Numbered from the stretch's first letter, positions 30,141 to 40,824 are shown. The stretch is 64,000 nt of DNA from Parcubacteria group bacterium LiPW_30 (GCA_007375595.1 VMEP01000001.1:479184-543183), one strand, 5' to 3'. Numbers and translations are program-made. Notes: generated by a model from the sequence alone, not told the origin.

Positions 30141-30563
30141 ATGTGGTTTTGGTACGCAATTTTCTCCGCAGTATTTGCTTCGCTTGTAGCTATTTTCGGA
30201 AAAATGGGTCTTAGGGGTATTGATACAACGCTTGCGACAACTGTTCGCGCTGTTATCATGGCGGGGTTTCTTCTTATAACGAGCCTTTCTCTTAAAAAAT
30301 TTAATGATTTTTCTTTTTCTAGTTTTACTGGGCGTGATTGGATTTTTATTATTTTATCTGCTGTTGCAGGTGCTCTTTCTTGGCTGTTTTATTTTTCTGC
30401 GTTGAAAGAAGGAAAGACAACGAGCGTCGCAACAATAGATAAGTTGAGCATTGTTTTTGTTATTATCTTTGCTGCTCTTTTTCTTGGAGAAGAACTTGGG
30501 GTTAAATCTTTGGCTGGTGCGTTCTTAATAGTTGCTGGAGCCCTCTTGATTGTATTACGGTAA
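30141..30563 (+). CDS. EamA/DMT family transporter
   Basis: Five TMs, SWLFYFSALK, DKLS, FLGE. Confidence 0.85.
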   Translation: MWFWYAIFSAVFASLVAIFGKMGLRGIDTTLATTVRAVIMAGFLLITSLSLKKFNDFSFSSFTGRDWIFIILSAVAGALSWLFYFSALKEGKTTSVATIDKLSIVFVIIFAALFLGEELGVKSLAGAFLIVAGALLIVLR

Positions 30564-30707
30564 AAATTAATAAGTTATACATAGCAGTTATAATAAATCT
30601 TCGTTGAATTAAAAATATAGAGTTGTTTTGCATATCCATTTTGTTAGTATGCCTGTGGGTATCTTTTCTTTTTTAAATAGGAGCATAAATGGTATATTTA
30701 TGAGTAT

Positions 30708-33700
30708 ATGAAAAAAATTTTCTTTTTCTTGTCGTTTCTTTTATTTTTAGTTTCATTCCAAGCACAGGCGCAAACACCAGTTACTGGTATTTCTGACGGT
30801 GGTGTGCCTAAGGATATTCAAATTATTATTGACAGAGATAGTAAGACTTGGACCACAGAGGAAAAAGAAAAGGTTACTGGTTATGTTATTTCAACAAATT
30901 CTCCTAGTGTCGGATCAACCGGTCCTTCTCTTCCCGGAACAGTTAATTGTTTTGATTACTATCATTTTGGGTCTGTTCAAGTTGACTTGTCTACGACACT
31001 TTCCCAAACTGTTCCTGGTGCGACAATCGGTTTTTCTGGGGAAATAAAAAACAATAATGTTTATCCAATTGTAGATGGGCAAGTTTATGTAAAAATATTT
31101 AAGGTAAAAAACGGTGATTTCAACCAAGAGAATGGTTCCGCTCTTGTTGACCAGTTTCCACTTGAAGAAATGTTTGTTATTCCGGCACTCGGTAGTAAAA
31201 AAATAACATTTTCTTGGAACGTTCCAGAAAATGCAGAAGGGGGAGAATATACCGCGGCTTTCTTTTTTCAGACTAGTAAGCGGTACAATCTTTTGGGTCT
31301 TTCTTTTACTGACGACGTGACAGGTAACCAAGTCCACTTTTCTGTGATAAGTGATGATGACAAAGGAACTGTCGCTTTGGATAAAAATACAGTAACTTTA
31401 AATAACCAAACACACCGTTTCGCTGCCTTCCCACTTCGTTTTGCTAAAGATGAAAACGTAAAAGTTGTTGTTCGGATTGTAAACCCAAGAAACGAAGCTG
31501 TTACGGTTCCTGTTGTGTGGAAATTGTATGCATGGGATAGTCTTCGCGAAGAAGCTCTTAGAGACACAAAAATAGAAGCTGTTCAATTAAAACCAAAGGA
31601 GATAAAGGAAATTTCATATACAGCTTTGCCAATTAAGGAAATTGTTTCCTATCTTGTAGTAGAAACCAGTGATCAAGCAAGTAAATCAATTCTTAATATT
31701 CGTTTTGCTCGCGATGGTATAGAAGAAACTAGAATAAATTTTCCAAGCATTGTTGCTTATCCACTGGAAAAAAATAAGGAGAATAATATTTTTTCATGCG
31801 TTCACTCAATTGGCGATGGTGTGGTTAAAGATAATAGTTTGACTTTAACGTTAAGGGACGAGAAAGAAAGGGTTATTCATACTTACACCTATGAAGGGGA
31901 TATAACAAGCGCAATGATGGGAATAAAGGACTCTTTTGTTCCATTAAAAAATTATACAACTTTCTCTCTCACTGCAAACCTTAAACATAAAGGTAAGACA
32001 GTTGAAGAAGTGAGGGTTGTTTATGATTGTCGTGATATTGATGTGAATTCTTGCCCAAAACCAATGAGTACTACGACAAAAGTTATAATTGTGGTGACTG
32101 TCTTGCTATTTATTTTTGCTTTTGGAAAAATTTTGAAAAATAAAGGGATAATACCATTAGCCGTTTATTTACTTATTGTTTTACCTGCTTTGTTTTTAGG
32201 AACACCCAATAGCGCAGAGGCAAAGAGCGTTTCAGTTACGCAAAGTTTGCCAATACTTGGTTTTTACGAAGGGTCTGCTAACCCTGGAGGTAATGGTATT
32301 GGCGGAATATCAACGACAGTGACATATAACGCGACCGTATCTCTTTTTGGGGCAGACCTTGTCGACGGATCCTCAATTCCTTCTGGTTCCACTGTCCGGG
32401 TGCAGTGGGCCCCAGGTAGCAGTAATACTTCATGGGTTGGTACTGGCGGGACATACGATTCTCCTTATGGGCGATGGGATTCTTCGGCTAAATCTTGTAC
32501 GACTTATAGTGATTGTTATGGGATTAACACTATTTACGGTAGTTTTTATCGGATTATATATCAAGGAGATATGGCTATTACCCCACCTTCATTTTCTATT
32601 TCTGGAAGTGGTCTTACTTGTGGGACTACTTTAGGTGGGGTTAGAACAAGTGGCCCATATAATGCTTTTATGTGCCAATATGTTCCATCGCCAACTTATT
32701 GCGCCACCGTGGTGAGCTACTCTCCTTTTTACGCCGATTGTGTGGTTACCGCTCTTTCTGGGGAGTCAATAACAATGAATGTTGCGTACCCTTCTGCAAG
32801 TGGAGCTATGAGAGCTGGGGAATTTGTAAGTTACGACAGCGGATCGACGGCCACATACTCTCGTTCCGGTGGCCTTAGTTTTAGTGTCCCAGCCCAAGCA
32901 ATCTCTTTTTCGTTTGTTGCCGCTCCTCCAAGTAGCCCACCAACAACACCAACTGTTACATATCAAAATCCAAGCCTTGTTAATACTCCCGTTGACTTTA
33001 CTGTTACTTCAACCGATGCTGACGGTGATAATATTAGGTATGGTTTTGATTGGGATCGAAATAATACGATTGACGAGTGGGTCCCTTCCGTTGGATATGT
33101 ATCGTCAGGTACATCGCAAACAGTTAGTCACACATGGAGTACAACTGGGTATAAATATTTTAACGCAAAAACTCAAGATATAAATAATAACTACTCAACC
33201 CAAGTTTTAAAAAGTATTAATATTGTATCTACTATAGTTAACGGTGTGTGTGGTCCAGCTAATGGTACTACAAGATTAACAACCGCTCCGACCTCTGGTC
33301 TTTGTGATGCTGGTACTTTGAGTTTTGTTATGGACGGGGGTACTTATTACAGATGGGATTGTCGCGGAACTAATGGAACAGATTCCGTTTGTTATGCTTA
33401 CAAAAATAAAACACCAACGGCTTCTATTTCTAGCCCTACTACAAACATTACAATAAATACTTCCCAATCACAGCAGTTTACAGGGACGGCTACTGACCTT
33501 GATGCCGATGGGACAATCGTGGCCTATGAATGGAGAACTGGTGGTTGTTCCTCCGGTACGCTACTTAGCTCTTTGGCAAGTTTTGTTCATCAATTTTCTG
33601 CCGGAACATACAGGGTTTATTTTAGGGGTAAAGATGATTCTGGTGTGTGGTCTACTAATTGTCCGAATCGCCTGATAACCGTGAACACTCCAGATCCAAT

Positions 33701-33992
33701 AAACGGAGTTTGCGGGTCTGCAAATGGGGCTGCATCTCAAAACAAACCAACATCGAATCTCTGTAATACAGTAGGATTACCAGGACCCGTTGTCTCGCCG
33801 GAAAATATTAGCGTCTTACCAGAAAGTGGTACTCCTTCTTCATGGACATGGACTTGTGCAGGAGAATACGGAGGAACGGATGTTTCGTGCAGTTCAAATA
33901 CATCTTGTGGTGATAATAAATGTCAGCGAACTAAAGGAGAAAGCCCTGCGACATGTAGAGCAGATTGCAAGGTTAAGTTTTTTGAGTTCTAG
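30708..33992 (+). CDS. Large surface protein with PKD-like and Cys-rich repeats
   Basis: Signal peptide, internal TM pair, DADGD/FDWD PKD-like segments, two NGVCGxANG repeats. Confidence 0.75.
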   Translation: MKKIFFFLSFLLFLVSFQAQAQTPVTGISDGGVPKDIQIIIDRDSKTWTTEEKEKVTGYVISTNSPSVGSTGPSLPGTVNCFDYYHFGSVQVDLSTTLSQTVPGATIGFSGEIKNNNVYPIVDGQVYVKIFKVKNGDFNQENGSALVDQFPLEEMFVIPALGSKKITFSWNVPENAEGGEYTAAFFFQTSKRYNLLGLSFTDDVTGNQVHFSVISDDDKGTVALDKNTVTLNNQTHRFAAFPLRFAKDENVKVVVRIVNPRNEAVTVPVVWKLYAWDSLREEALRDTKIEAVQLKPKEIKEISYTALPIKEIVSYLVVETSDQASKSILNIRFARDGIEETRINFPSIVAYPLEKNKENNIFSCVHSIGDGVVKDNSLTLTLRDEKERVIHTYTYEGDITSAMMGIKDSFVPLKNYTTFSLTANLKHKGKTVEEVRVVYDCRDIDVNSCPKPMSTTTKVIIVVTVLLFIFAFGKILKNKGIIPLAVYLLIVLPALFLGTPNSAEAKSVSVTQSLPILGFYEGSANPGGNGIGGISTTVTYNATVSLFGADLVDGSSIPSGSTVRVQWAPGSSNTSWVGTGGTYDSPYGRWDSSAKSCTTYSDCYGINTIYGSFYRIIYQGDMAITPPSFSISGSGLTCGTTLGGVRTSGPYNAFMCQYVPSPTYCATVVSYSPFYADCVVTALSGESITMNVAYPSASGAMRAGEFVSYDSGSTATYSRSGGLSFSVPAQAISFSFVAAPPSSPPTTPTVTYQNPSLVNTPVDFTVTSTDADGDNIRYGFDWDRNNTIDEWVPSVGYVSSGTSQTVSHTWSTTGYKYFNAKTQDINNNYSTQVLKSINIVSTIVNGVCGPANGTTRLTTAPTSGLCDAGTLSFVMDGGTYYRWDCRGTNGTDSVCYAYKNKTPTASISSPTTNITINTSQSQQFTGTATDLDADGTIVAYEWRTGGCSSGTLLSSLASFVHQFSAGTYRVYFRGKDDSGVWSTNCPNRLITVNTPDPINGVCGSANGAASQNKPTSNLCNTVGLPGPVVSPENISVLPESGTPSSWTWTCAGEYGGTDVSCSSNTSCGDNKCQRTKGESPATCRADCKVKFFEF

Positions 33993-34099
33993 GAGTTCTT
34001 GGAGTTTTTGTTTTTTAAACGAGGTGAAAATGAGTAATTTAATCCTACTCTTCTTGTTATGTTTGCCCAGATAGTTTTAATTGTATTACAATAGAAAAA

Positions 34100-35956
34100 A
34101 TGAACGGGACTGAGATAAGAAAAAAATATCTGGAATATTTTAATTCGCGTGAACACGCGATTATTCCGTCCGCCCCAATTATTCCGGAAAATGACCCCAC
34201 AACCCTTTTTACGAGCTCTGGGATGCAACCACTTCTCCCGTATCTTTTGGGTTCTCCTCACCCAAAAGGGGCTCGTTTGGTTAATTCTCAGAAATGTTTT
34301 CGTGCCGAAGATATTGAGGAAATAGGAGATAATCGCCATACGACCTGTTTTGAAATGCTCGGCAATTGGTCTTTAGGTGACTACTTTAAAAAAGAACAAT
34401 TAAATTGGATTTTTGATTTTTTCACTAAAGAGGTCGGCCTTTCTCCTGAAAAATTATATGTAACAGTTTTTGCGGGAGAAGAAAAATATGGAATTCCAAA
34501 AGATAACGAAGCGGTTTTGATCTGGAAAGAACTTTTTAAAAAAGTTGGAATTGATGCTAAAGATATATTTATTGGTAGCGAAGAAGATGGCGGAAAGACT
34601 GGAATGCAAGGCGGAAGAATTTTTTATTACAACTCTAAAAAGAATTGGTGGAGTCGCTCTGGTGTCCCAGAAAATATGCCAGCAGGTGAGCCGGGTGGAC
34701 CAGATTCTGAGGTTTTTTATGATTTTGGAACACCACACGATAAAAGTTTTGGGGAGAATTGTCACCCTAATTGTGACTGCGGGCGTTTTATGGAGATAGG
34801 TAATTCCGTATTTATGGAATACGTAAAAGAAGCAGATGGAAGTTTTTCTACATTGCCTCAAAAAAATGTTGATTTTGGTGGTGGGCTGGAAAGAATTGCG
34901 GCAGCTAGCTTAGGTGGAGCTGATATTTTCGGGACAGATCTTTTTAAGCCTATTATTGAATCTATAGAAAAACTTTCTCAGAAAAAATATCAAGGCGGTT
35001 TAGTAAAAGATGACTCTGCTTTTAGAATTATTGCGGATCATATGAAGGGAGCTGTCTTTATGATGAGTGGTGGAATTTTGCCGGCAAATACTGAACAGGG
35101 CTACGTCTTAAGAAGGTTAATTAGACGCGCCGTTAGATACGCGGATCTACTCGGGCTAAAAGAAAACGAACTTCAAAAAACAGTTGATTCAATTTCTTTG
35201 ATTTATAAAGATGTTTATCCTGAAATTCAGGAGAAAATTGAATATATTCGTGAAGGAGTAAAAAACGAGGAAGTGAAGTTTAGAAAAACTCTTGAGGTTG
35301 GAATGCGTCAATTTGAAAAAATAAAAAGTGAAGGTATTAGCGGACACGAAGCTTTTCTTCTGTTTACTACCTACGGTTTTCCTATCGAGCTTACACTGGA
35401 GCTTGCAAAAGAAAAAGAACTTTCTGTTGATTTAGATGGGTTTAAGGCTGAGATGGAAAAGCATAAGATTTTGTCGAAATCACAATCAGATCAGAAATTT
35501 AAAGGTGGATTAGCTGATCACGGTGAAATGGCTGTTAAATATCACACTGCAACACATTTACTTCAAAAAGCACTTATAGAAATATTAGGTAATCATGTCG
35601 CGCAAAAGGGTAGTAATATAACGGGGGAACGACTTCGTTTTGATTTTTCGCATAACCAAAAAATGACCGATGAGGAAAAAAAGAAAGTTGAAGATTTAGT
35701 TAATCAAAAAATAAAAGAAGCACTTCCTGTGTCATATGAGGATATTCCACTTGTTGAGGCGGAAAAAAGAGGGGCAATAAGATTATTTGAAGAGAAGTAT
35801 GGTGACGTTGTTCGTGTTTATAAAGTTGGGGATTTTAGTCTTGAGTTTTGTGGAGGACCACATGTTAAAAATACGAGCGAGCTTGGTAATTTTAAAATAA
35901 CAAAAGAAGAAGCCGTTTCTTCTGGAGTGCGTAGAATTAAAGCGATTTTGACTTAA
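34100..35956 (+). CDS. alaS: Alanine--tRNA ligase, short form without C-Ala
   Basis: DPTTLFT, FEMLGNWS, GGGLER, editing HTATH and CGGPH; ends at GVRRIKA. Confidence 0.95.
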   Translation: MNGTEIRKKYLEYFNSREHAIIPSAPIIPENDPTTLFTSSGMQPLLPYLLGSPHPKGARLVNSQKCFRAEDIEEIGDNRHTTCFEMLGNWSLGDYFKKEQLNWIFDFFTKEVGLSPEKLYVTVFAGEEKYGIPKDNEAVLIWKELFKKVGIDAKDIFIGSEEDGGKTGMQGGRIFYYNSKKNWWSRSGVPENMPAGEPGGPDSEVFYDFGTPHDKSFGENCHPNCDCGRFMEIGNSVFMEYVKEADGSFSTLPQKNVDFGGGLERIAAASLGGADIFGTDLFKPIIESIEKLSQKKYQGGLVKDDSAFRIIADHMKGAVFMMSGGILPANTEQGYVLRRLIRRAVRYADLLGLKENELQKTVDSISLIYKDVYPEIQEKIEYIREGVKNEEVKFRKTLEVGMRQFEKIKSEGISGHEAFLLFTTYGFPIELTLELAKEKELSVDLDGFKAEMEKHKILSKSQSDQKFKGGLADHGEMAVKYHTATHLLQKALIEILGNHVAQKGSNITGERLRFDFSHNQKMTDEEKKKVEDLVNQKIKEALPVSYEDIPLVEAEKRGAIRLFEEKYGDVVRVYKVGDFSLEFCGGPHVKNTSELGNFKITKEEAVSSGVRRIKAILT

Positions 35957-35988
35957 TGGTGTGATACAATTTTAGGAATAGAAAACTT

Positions 35989-37203
35989 ATGGGATTTTTT
36001 TCAAAAAATGATAAGGAGTTCGTTCTTTTGTTTGATATCGGAAATGGGAGTATTGGTGTTGCTGTCGCTGAAATTTCTGACAATAAAAATATCTTAAACA
36101 AAGCAAAGCTCGTAGAGGTTTATAGAGAAACGATTCCTTTTCAAGAGCATTTACGATTTGATCATTTTACGAAAACTGTTGCTAAGAGTATTGAAAGTGC
36201 CGCAAAGAGGGTGCAAGCTGAGTTAAAATATCCAATTGAAAAAGCATATCTTATTTTGGCTTCTCCTTGGTATGCATCCCAAACGCGAGTGGTTAATTTA
36301 CGCAAAAGCGAACCCTTTACTTTTACTGAAGAATTATTCGCAGAAATGATTAAAAAAGAGAGTGATGATTTTAAGAATGAACATATAAAAGGCAGGTTTA
36401 AGAAGGCCGCAAAAGAAGATAATTTGGTTTTAATTGAGCAACATGTCGTTCAGCTAAAATGTAATGGTTATGAAATTGAAGATCCTTTTGATAAGAAAGT
36501 AAAAACCATTGAAATGCCTTTGTATTTAAGTGTTGCCCCACAAGTTGTTTTGGAGGCGTTTGTTTCCGCTATAAAAAATGTTTTTCCGAAAATTGACATA
36601 GTTTTCGGTACGTTTCCGTTAGCCTACTTTTTCGCAGCTCGAGAACTTTATCCTAAATTTGACGATGCGCTTTTAGTTGATGTGAGTGGAGAGGTGACCG
36701 ATATAGCTTTTGTTTTAAACGGAGCATTACTTGAAATAACGTCTTTCCCTCTTGGGAGAAACACAATTTTTCGTCGACTCTCTTCTTCTTTACATAGACC
36801 AGCAGAAGAAATTATTTCTTTATTGAGCACTTTCTTTACCGGTAAAACCAATAAAGAAATGAGTATTAAGATTGAAAAAGCTTTTGCTGAAGTAGCTGAT
36901 TCCTGGGTGGTTTCGTTTGAAAAAGCGCTCGAGAAATTAGCTGACACGTTTTATCTACCAGATCAGGTTTTCTTGACAGCCGACGATGACATCAAAAAAT
37001 GGCTTGTTGAGGGCATAAAAAAAGAAAGTTTTAGTCAATACGTTATGACTCACACTCCGTTTTCCGTTGTTGATACGAATACTCTTTTTAATGCGCGAGG
37101 AAAGCATATTTTTGAAAAAGGAGAAGTCGATGTTTTTCTTGGAATAGGGGCTTTTTACATTATTCATAATACTAATAAAAATTTTCGTTCGGAGGCGTTC
37201 TAG
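35989..37203 (+). CDS. FtsA/PilM-like actin-fold protein
   Basis: FDIGNGSI and VDVSGEVTD phosphate loops, FPLGRN. Confidence 0.6.
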   Translation: MGFFSKNDKEFVLLFDIGNGSIGVAVAEISDNKNILNKAKLVEVYRETIPFQEHLRFDHFTKTVAKSIESAAKRVQAELKYPIEKAYLILASPWYASQTRVVNLRKSEPFTFTEELFAEMIKKESDDFKNEHIKGRFKKAAKEDNLVLIEQHVVQLKCNGYEIEDPFDKKVKTIEMPLYLSVAPQVVLEAFVSAIKNVFPKIDIVFGTFPLAYFFAARELYPKFDDALLVDVSGEVTDIAFVLNGALLEITSFPLGRNTIFRRLSSSLHRPAEEIISLLSTFFTGKTNKEMSIKIEKAFAEVADSWVVSFEKALEKLADTFYLPDQVFLTADDDIKKWLVEGIKKESFSQYVMTHTPFSVVDTNTLFNARGKHIFEKGEVDVFLGIGAFYIIHNTNKNFRSEAF

Positions 37204-37221
37204 GTGGTATAATCTAAATAT

Positions 37222-38583
37222 ATGAAGGAAAAGAAAATTCTAAGTGATGTGGTAATACGAAATACAGCTGGAAGAAGACCACTTTCCGACGTCATTCAAA
37301 GAAATAATCATAAACAACAAACACCTATAAAAAACAGGGAGGTGATAAAACCTGTACAGAAAAAGAAAGAAGTTGAGTATGTTATTAAAGAACCAACTAT
37401 CCACCGAGAAAATGCTACTGTTGGAGACCTTAATAAAACTAAAAATCTTGTTAAAAAAACAGCTTGGGTTTCAATTCCAGTCGGCATCATTTTGGTTGTT
37501 TATCTCGTAATATCAATTTTATTTTCTGGCGCAGAACTAAAAATTACCCCAAAGTCTGAACAGCTTGAAGTTTCAGCTTCACTAAATGCAAAAAAGGGTG
37601 ATGCAAAAACAAGTTTTGCTTTTGAGACAGTAAGTTTATCTGAAGAGGGAAGTAAACTCGTTGCCTCAACTGGTACTAAAGACGTTTCAGAAAAAGCTAC
37701 TGGCCGAGTTGTTATTTATAATGCCTATAGCACTGCAACTCAGAAATTAATTAAAGACACTAGATTAGAAACTACCGACGGAAAAATATACCGTATTGTT
37801 TCAAACATTGTTGTTCCAGGTCTTAAAACTGTTAATGGAGAGACAATCCCCGGTTCAGTCGAAGTTTCGGTATATGCTGACAAGCCCGGCGAGCAATACA
37901 ACATAGGACTAGCAGACTTCACAATTACAGGATTTAAAGGTGACCCTAGGTACAGTAAATTCTATGCACGCTCGAAGGGGGAGATAAAAGGAGGTTATGT
38001 TGGCAGTGTTCAAGTGGCATCACCAGACGCTGTCAATGCGACCAGAAATGAACTTAGAACAGTGATTAAGGACTCACTATTAAGACAAATTTCATCACAA
38101 ATACCAGAATCTTTTGTCTTATTTAAAGAGGCGTCAGAAATTACCTTCGAGACAAAAGACGATCTAAAGAATGAAAGTGGAGTTATTGTCAAAGAGGAAG
38201 GAACTTATACGGGAATACTTTTACCAAAGAATTTGTTGTCTGAAGAAATTTTAAAGAAGGCCAACTATTCAATGAAAGATGTTGATGCGACAACTCTAAA
38301 AAATACAGAAAGCTTAGTTTTTATGTTTGATGGTGCCAACGAGTCACTACTTAAAGCAACAAGCATAAGCTTCACGCTTAAAGGAACAGCAATAGTAGAA
38401 GCTCTGGTTGATACTGAAAAATTGAAAAAAGATATTGCCGGAAAACCAAGAAGTGATTTTAATAAACTACTTGCAGATTACAAGGGGATTAAGACCGCAA
38501 CACTTTCTATGAATCCTTTCTGGGCTCGATATATTCCAACAAATGAAGAAAAGATCACTATTGTCCAAACTAGCGATAGATAG
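37222..38583 (+). CDS. Membrane-anchored protein with baseplate-J-like domain
   Basis: TM, KATGRVVIYN, TRL, PGSVEV..ADKPGEQYNI. Confidence 0.55.
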   Translation: MKEKKILSDVVIRNTAGRRPLSDVIQRNNHKQQTPIKNREVIKPVQKKKEVEYVIKEPTIHRENATVGDLNKTKNLVKKTAWVSIPVGIILVVYLVISILFSGAELKITPKSEQLEVSASLNAKKGDAKTSFAFETVSLSEEGSKLVASTGTKDVSEKATGRVVIYNAYSTATQKLIKDTRLETTDGKIYRIVSNIVVPGLKTVNGETIPGSVEVSVYADKPGEQYNIGLADFTITGFKGDPRYSKFYARSKGEIKGGYVGSVQVASPDAVNATRNELRTVIKDSLLRQISSQIPESFVLFKEASEITFETKDDLKNESGVIVKEEGTYTGILLPKNLLSEEILKKANYSMKDVDATTLKNTESLVFMFDGANESLLKATSISFTLKGTAIVEALVDTEKLKKDIAGKPRSDFNKLLADYKGIKTATLSMNPFWARYIPTNEEKITIVQTSDR

Positions 38584-38651
38584 CTACAAGTTAATGAGTT
38601 CTTTTTAAGGTAAGACGTTTTTCCGTACGCACATTTCTGGGTATTTTATTT

Positions 38652-38683
38652 CCCGCATACACCCCTAAAATACCTTGCGCAGA
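38652..38683 (+). repeat. 32-bp exact copy of 24352-24383 (truncated element)
   Basis: CCCGCATACACCCCTAAAATACCTTGCGCAGA at both sites. Confidence 0.9.
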
Positions 38684-38765
38684 CTTGTGAATTTTCTTAA
38701 AAATTCCCCTTTTTCCATTTTAAAAACATTACGGAGCGCGACGGTATTTCGTATCTAAATACCCA

Positions 38766-38857
38766 TAAGATACAGCTGAAAGACATTGCGGAATGCGGCG
38801 GCATGAGCATAGCAAAAATTTAGCAAAGTTTTATGCGTGTCTTTCAGATGTATCTTA
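38766..38857 (+). repeat. Dispersed structured element, copy E2
   Basis: 19-bp inverted arms around the 54-nt core. Confidence 0.8.
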
Positions 38858-38866
38858 ATAAGAAAT

Positions 38867-38895
38867 TTGACTAAAAACCCATATTTTGTTATATT
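38867..38895 (+). promoter_or_regulatory. Sigma70 promoter of the infA operon
   Basis: TTGACT-17-TATATT with TG extension. Confidence 0.7.
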
Positions 38896-38906
38896 TCAAA
38901 CACTAA

Positions 38907-39125
38907 ATGAGTAATGAAGTTGATCCAGAATTAGTGAAAGAGGGGGTTGTAACCGAAGCGTTACCTAGCACCCTTTTTAGAGTTACGCTTAAGGATGGGT
39001 CAGAGATTCTTGCTTACTTGGGAGGGAAAATGCGCTTTAACCGAATCAAGGTTTTAATCGGAGATAAGGTTTCGGTACAGCTTGACCCGTACGGTGGTAA
39101 AGGAAGGGTTGTAAAAAGATTATAG
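38907..39125 (+). CDS. infA: Translation initiation factor IF-1
   Basis: EGVVTEALP, GKMR, GDKV. Confidence 0.95.
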   Translation: MSNEVDPELVKEGVVTEALPSTLFRVTLKDGSEILAYLGGKMRFNRIKVLIGDKVSVQLDPYGGKGRVVKRL

Positions 39126-39207
39126 ATATTGTAGTATACGAAACACGACACTCCCTGAAAAAGGGTTGGGTTCTGTTTTTGTTAGTGCAAAATTTTAAAT
39201 AAAAAAA

Positions 39208-39321
39208 ATGAAAGTAAAGTCGTCGGTAAAAAAAAGATGCGCAAAATGTAAAATGGTACGCCGTAAGGGTTTAGTCGTTGTTATTTGCGATAATCCACGC
39301 CATAAACAAAGACAAGGATAG
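39208..39321 (+). CDS. rpmJ: 50S ribosomal protein L36 (below ORF-track cutoff)
   Basis: [37 protein letters not shown]. Confidence 0.97.
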   Translation: MKVKSSVKKRCAKCKMVRRKGLVVVICDNPRHKQRQG

Positions 39322-39341
39322 TCTTAATTTTAAGTATAAAC

Positions 39342-39722
39342 ATGAGAATTTTTGGTATAACAGTCCCAGAACAAAAAAGATTAGAGATAGCTCTAACTGT
39401 TTTTTACGGAATTGGTCGCCCAAGAGCTCAAGAAATCCTTGATCGTGCCGGCGTGCCATATGGTAAAAAAGCAACCGAATTAAGTACCGACGAAGAAGCT
39501 AAGATTCGTAAAGAAATTGAATCCATAAAACTTGAAGGAGATTTGAGACGCGAAATAGGAGCAAACGTTAAGCGATTGAAAGACATTAAGTCTTATCGCG
39601 GAACAAGACACGCAAAACGCCTTCCAGCACGCGGTCAGCGCACAAAAACTAACTCCCGTACCGTTCGTGGAAACGTTCGAAAGACGATGGGTTCAGGAAG
39701 ACGTAAGGCTGAAAAGACATAA
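39342..39722 (+). CDS. rpsM: 30S ribosomal protein S13
   Basis: YGIG, EGDLRR, RGQRTKTNSRT. Confidence 0.97.
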   Translation: MRIFGITVPEQKRLEIALTVFYGIGRPRAQEILDRAGVPYGKKATELSTDEEAKIRKEIESIKLEGDLRREIGANVKRLKDIKSYRGTRHAKRLPARGQRTKTNSRTVRGNVRKTMGSGRRKAEKT

Positions 39723-39728
39723 AATAAC

Positions 39729-40163
39729 ATGGGTAAAAAAAGAATTATAAAAAAAGGAGGAAGTGGAGCCGATGAAGGACTAAAGTCCCGTTCTTTGTCG
39801 AAGGTTCCAAAAAAGAAAGTTGTATCAGGAACCCTTTATGTTGGCGCAACATACAACAACACCAAGTTGCTCTTGGCGGATAAAAGCGGAAATGCTTTGT
39901 TCTGGTCATCTTCTGGTGCACTTGGTTTCAAAGGTGCAAAAAAGGGTACTCCATTCGCAGCCGCAAAAGTTGGCGAGCTTATGGGTGAAAAAGGTTTACT
40001 CGTTGGAATGAAAGAAGTCAACGTTATTATAAAAGGGGTTGGCCCAGGAAGAGAGTCTTCTGTTAGAGCTTTTATTTCAAAAGGAATTGACCTTGAGGGT
40101 GTTAAGGATAAAACACCAGTCCCACATAATGGACCAAAGCCTAAGAAGCCACGAAGAATATAA
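39729..40163 (+). CDS. rpsK: 30S ribosomal protein S11
   Basis: TYNNT, GFKGAKKGTPFAA, TPVPHNG. Confidence 0.97.
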   Translation: MGKKRIIKKGGSGADEGLKSRSLSKVPKKKVVSGTLYVGATYNNTKLLLADKSGNALFWSSSGALGFKGAKKGTPFAAAKVGELMGEKGLLVGMKEVNVIIKGVGPGRESSVRAFISKGIDLEGVKDKTPVPHNGPKPKKPRRI

Positions 40164-40168
40164 ATATC

Positions 40169-40801
40169 ATGATAATCGATAAAAAATGTAAAGTTTGCCG
40201 TCGTGCTGGAGAGAAACTTTTCCTTAAAGGGGAAAAGTGTTTTACCCCAAAATGTGTTTTTAATAAAAAACCATATGCACCAGGCAAGCTTGATTCAGAA
40301 AGAAAGCATAAATCAACTCTTACTGAATATGGTCGCCAGCTTAGAGAAAAGCAGAAAGTTCGTAATATTTACGGAGTAAGCGAAAAGCAATTTTCAAACT
40401 ATGTTGTTAAGGCATCTGAAAAGAAATCTGGAGACCCAGCAGAGCGCCTTTATCAGAGTCTTGAGAATCGTCTTGATAACGTTACATTCCGTCTTGGTTT
40501 AGCAAAATCAAGAACAATGGCAAGGCAGATGGTTTCCCATGGACACATTACAGTCAACGGGGTTCGTTCAATGGTGGCTTCAAGAGCAATTAAAATTGGA
40601 GATGTTATTGCTGTTCGAGAGGGAAGCAAGGAAACAGCTCCAATCATTGAAGCCGGAAAAAGAATGTTAGATCATAAAGTACCAGGGTGGATTTCTTTTG
40701 ACGCAAAGACAGGTAGGGCGGAAATAAAAAGCCTACCTTCTGAGAAAGAAAAAGATATGACGGTTAACTTACATTCGGTGATTGAATTTTATAGTCGTTA
40801 A
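40169..40801 (+). CDS. rpsD: 30S ribosomal protein S4
   Basis: CRRAGEKLFLKG, QLREKQK, LENRLDN, EFYSR. Confidence 0.97.
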   Translation: MIIDKKCKVCRRAGEKLFLKGEKCFTPKCVFNKKPYAPGKLDSERKHKSTLTEYGRQLREKQKVRNIYGVSEKQFSNYVVKASEKKSGDPAERLYQSLENRLDNVTFRLGLAKSRTMARQMVSHGHITVNGVRSMVASRAIKIGDVIAVREGSKETAPIIEAGKRMLDHKVPGWISFDAKTGRAEIKSLPSEKEKDMTVNLHSVIEFYSR

Positions 40802-40824
40802 TTTATTAATTTTAAAAAAATATT

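Noticed and set aside
37222-38583. Baseplate-J-like gene as evidence of a prophage
   Set aside because: No other phage structural genes; it is membrane-anchored and sits in a housekeeping context
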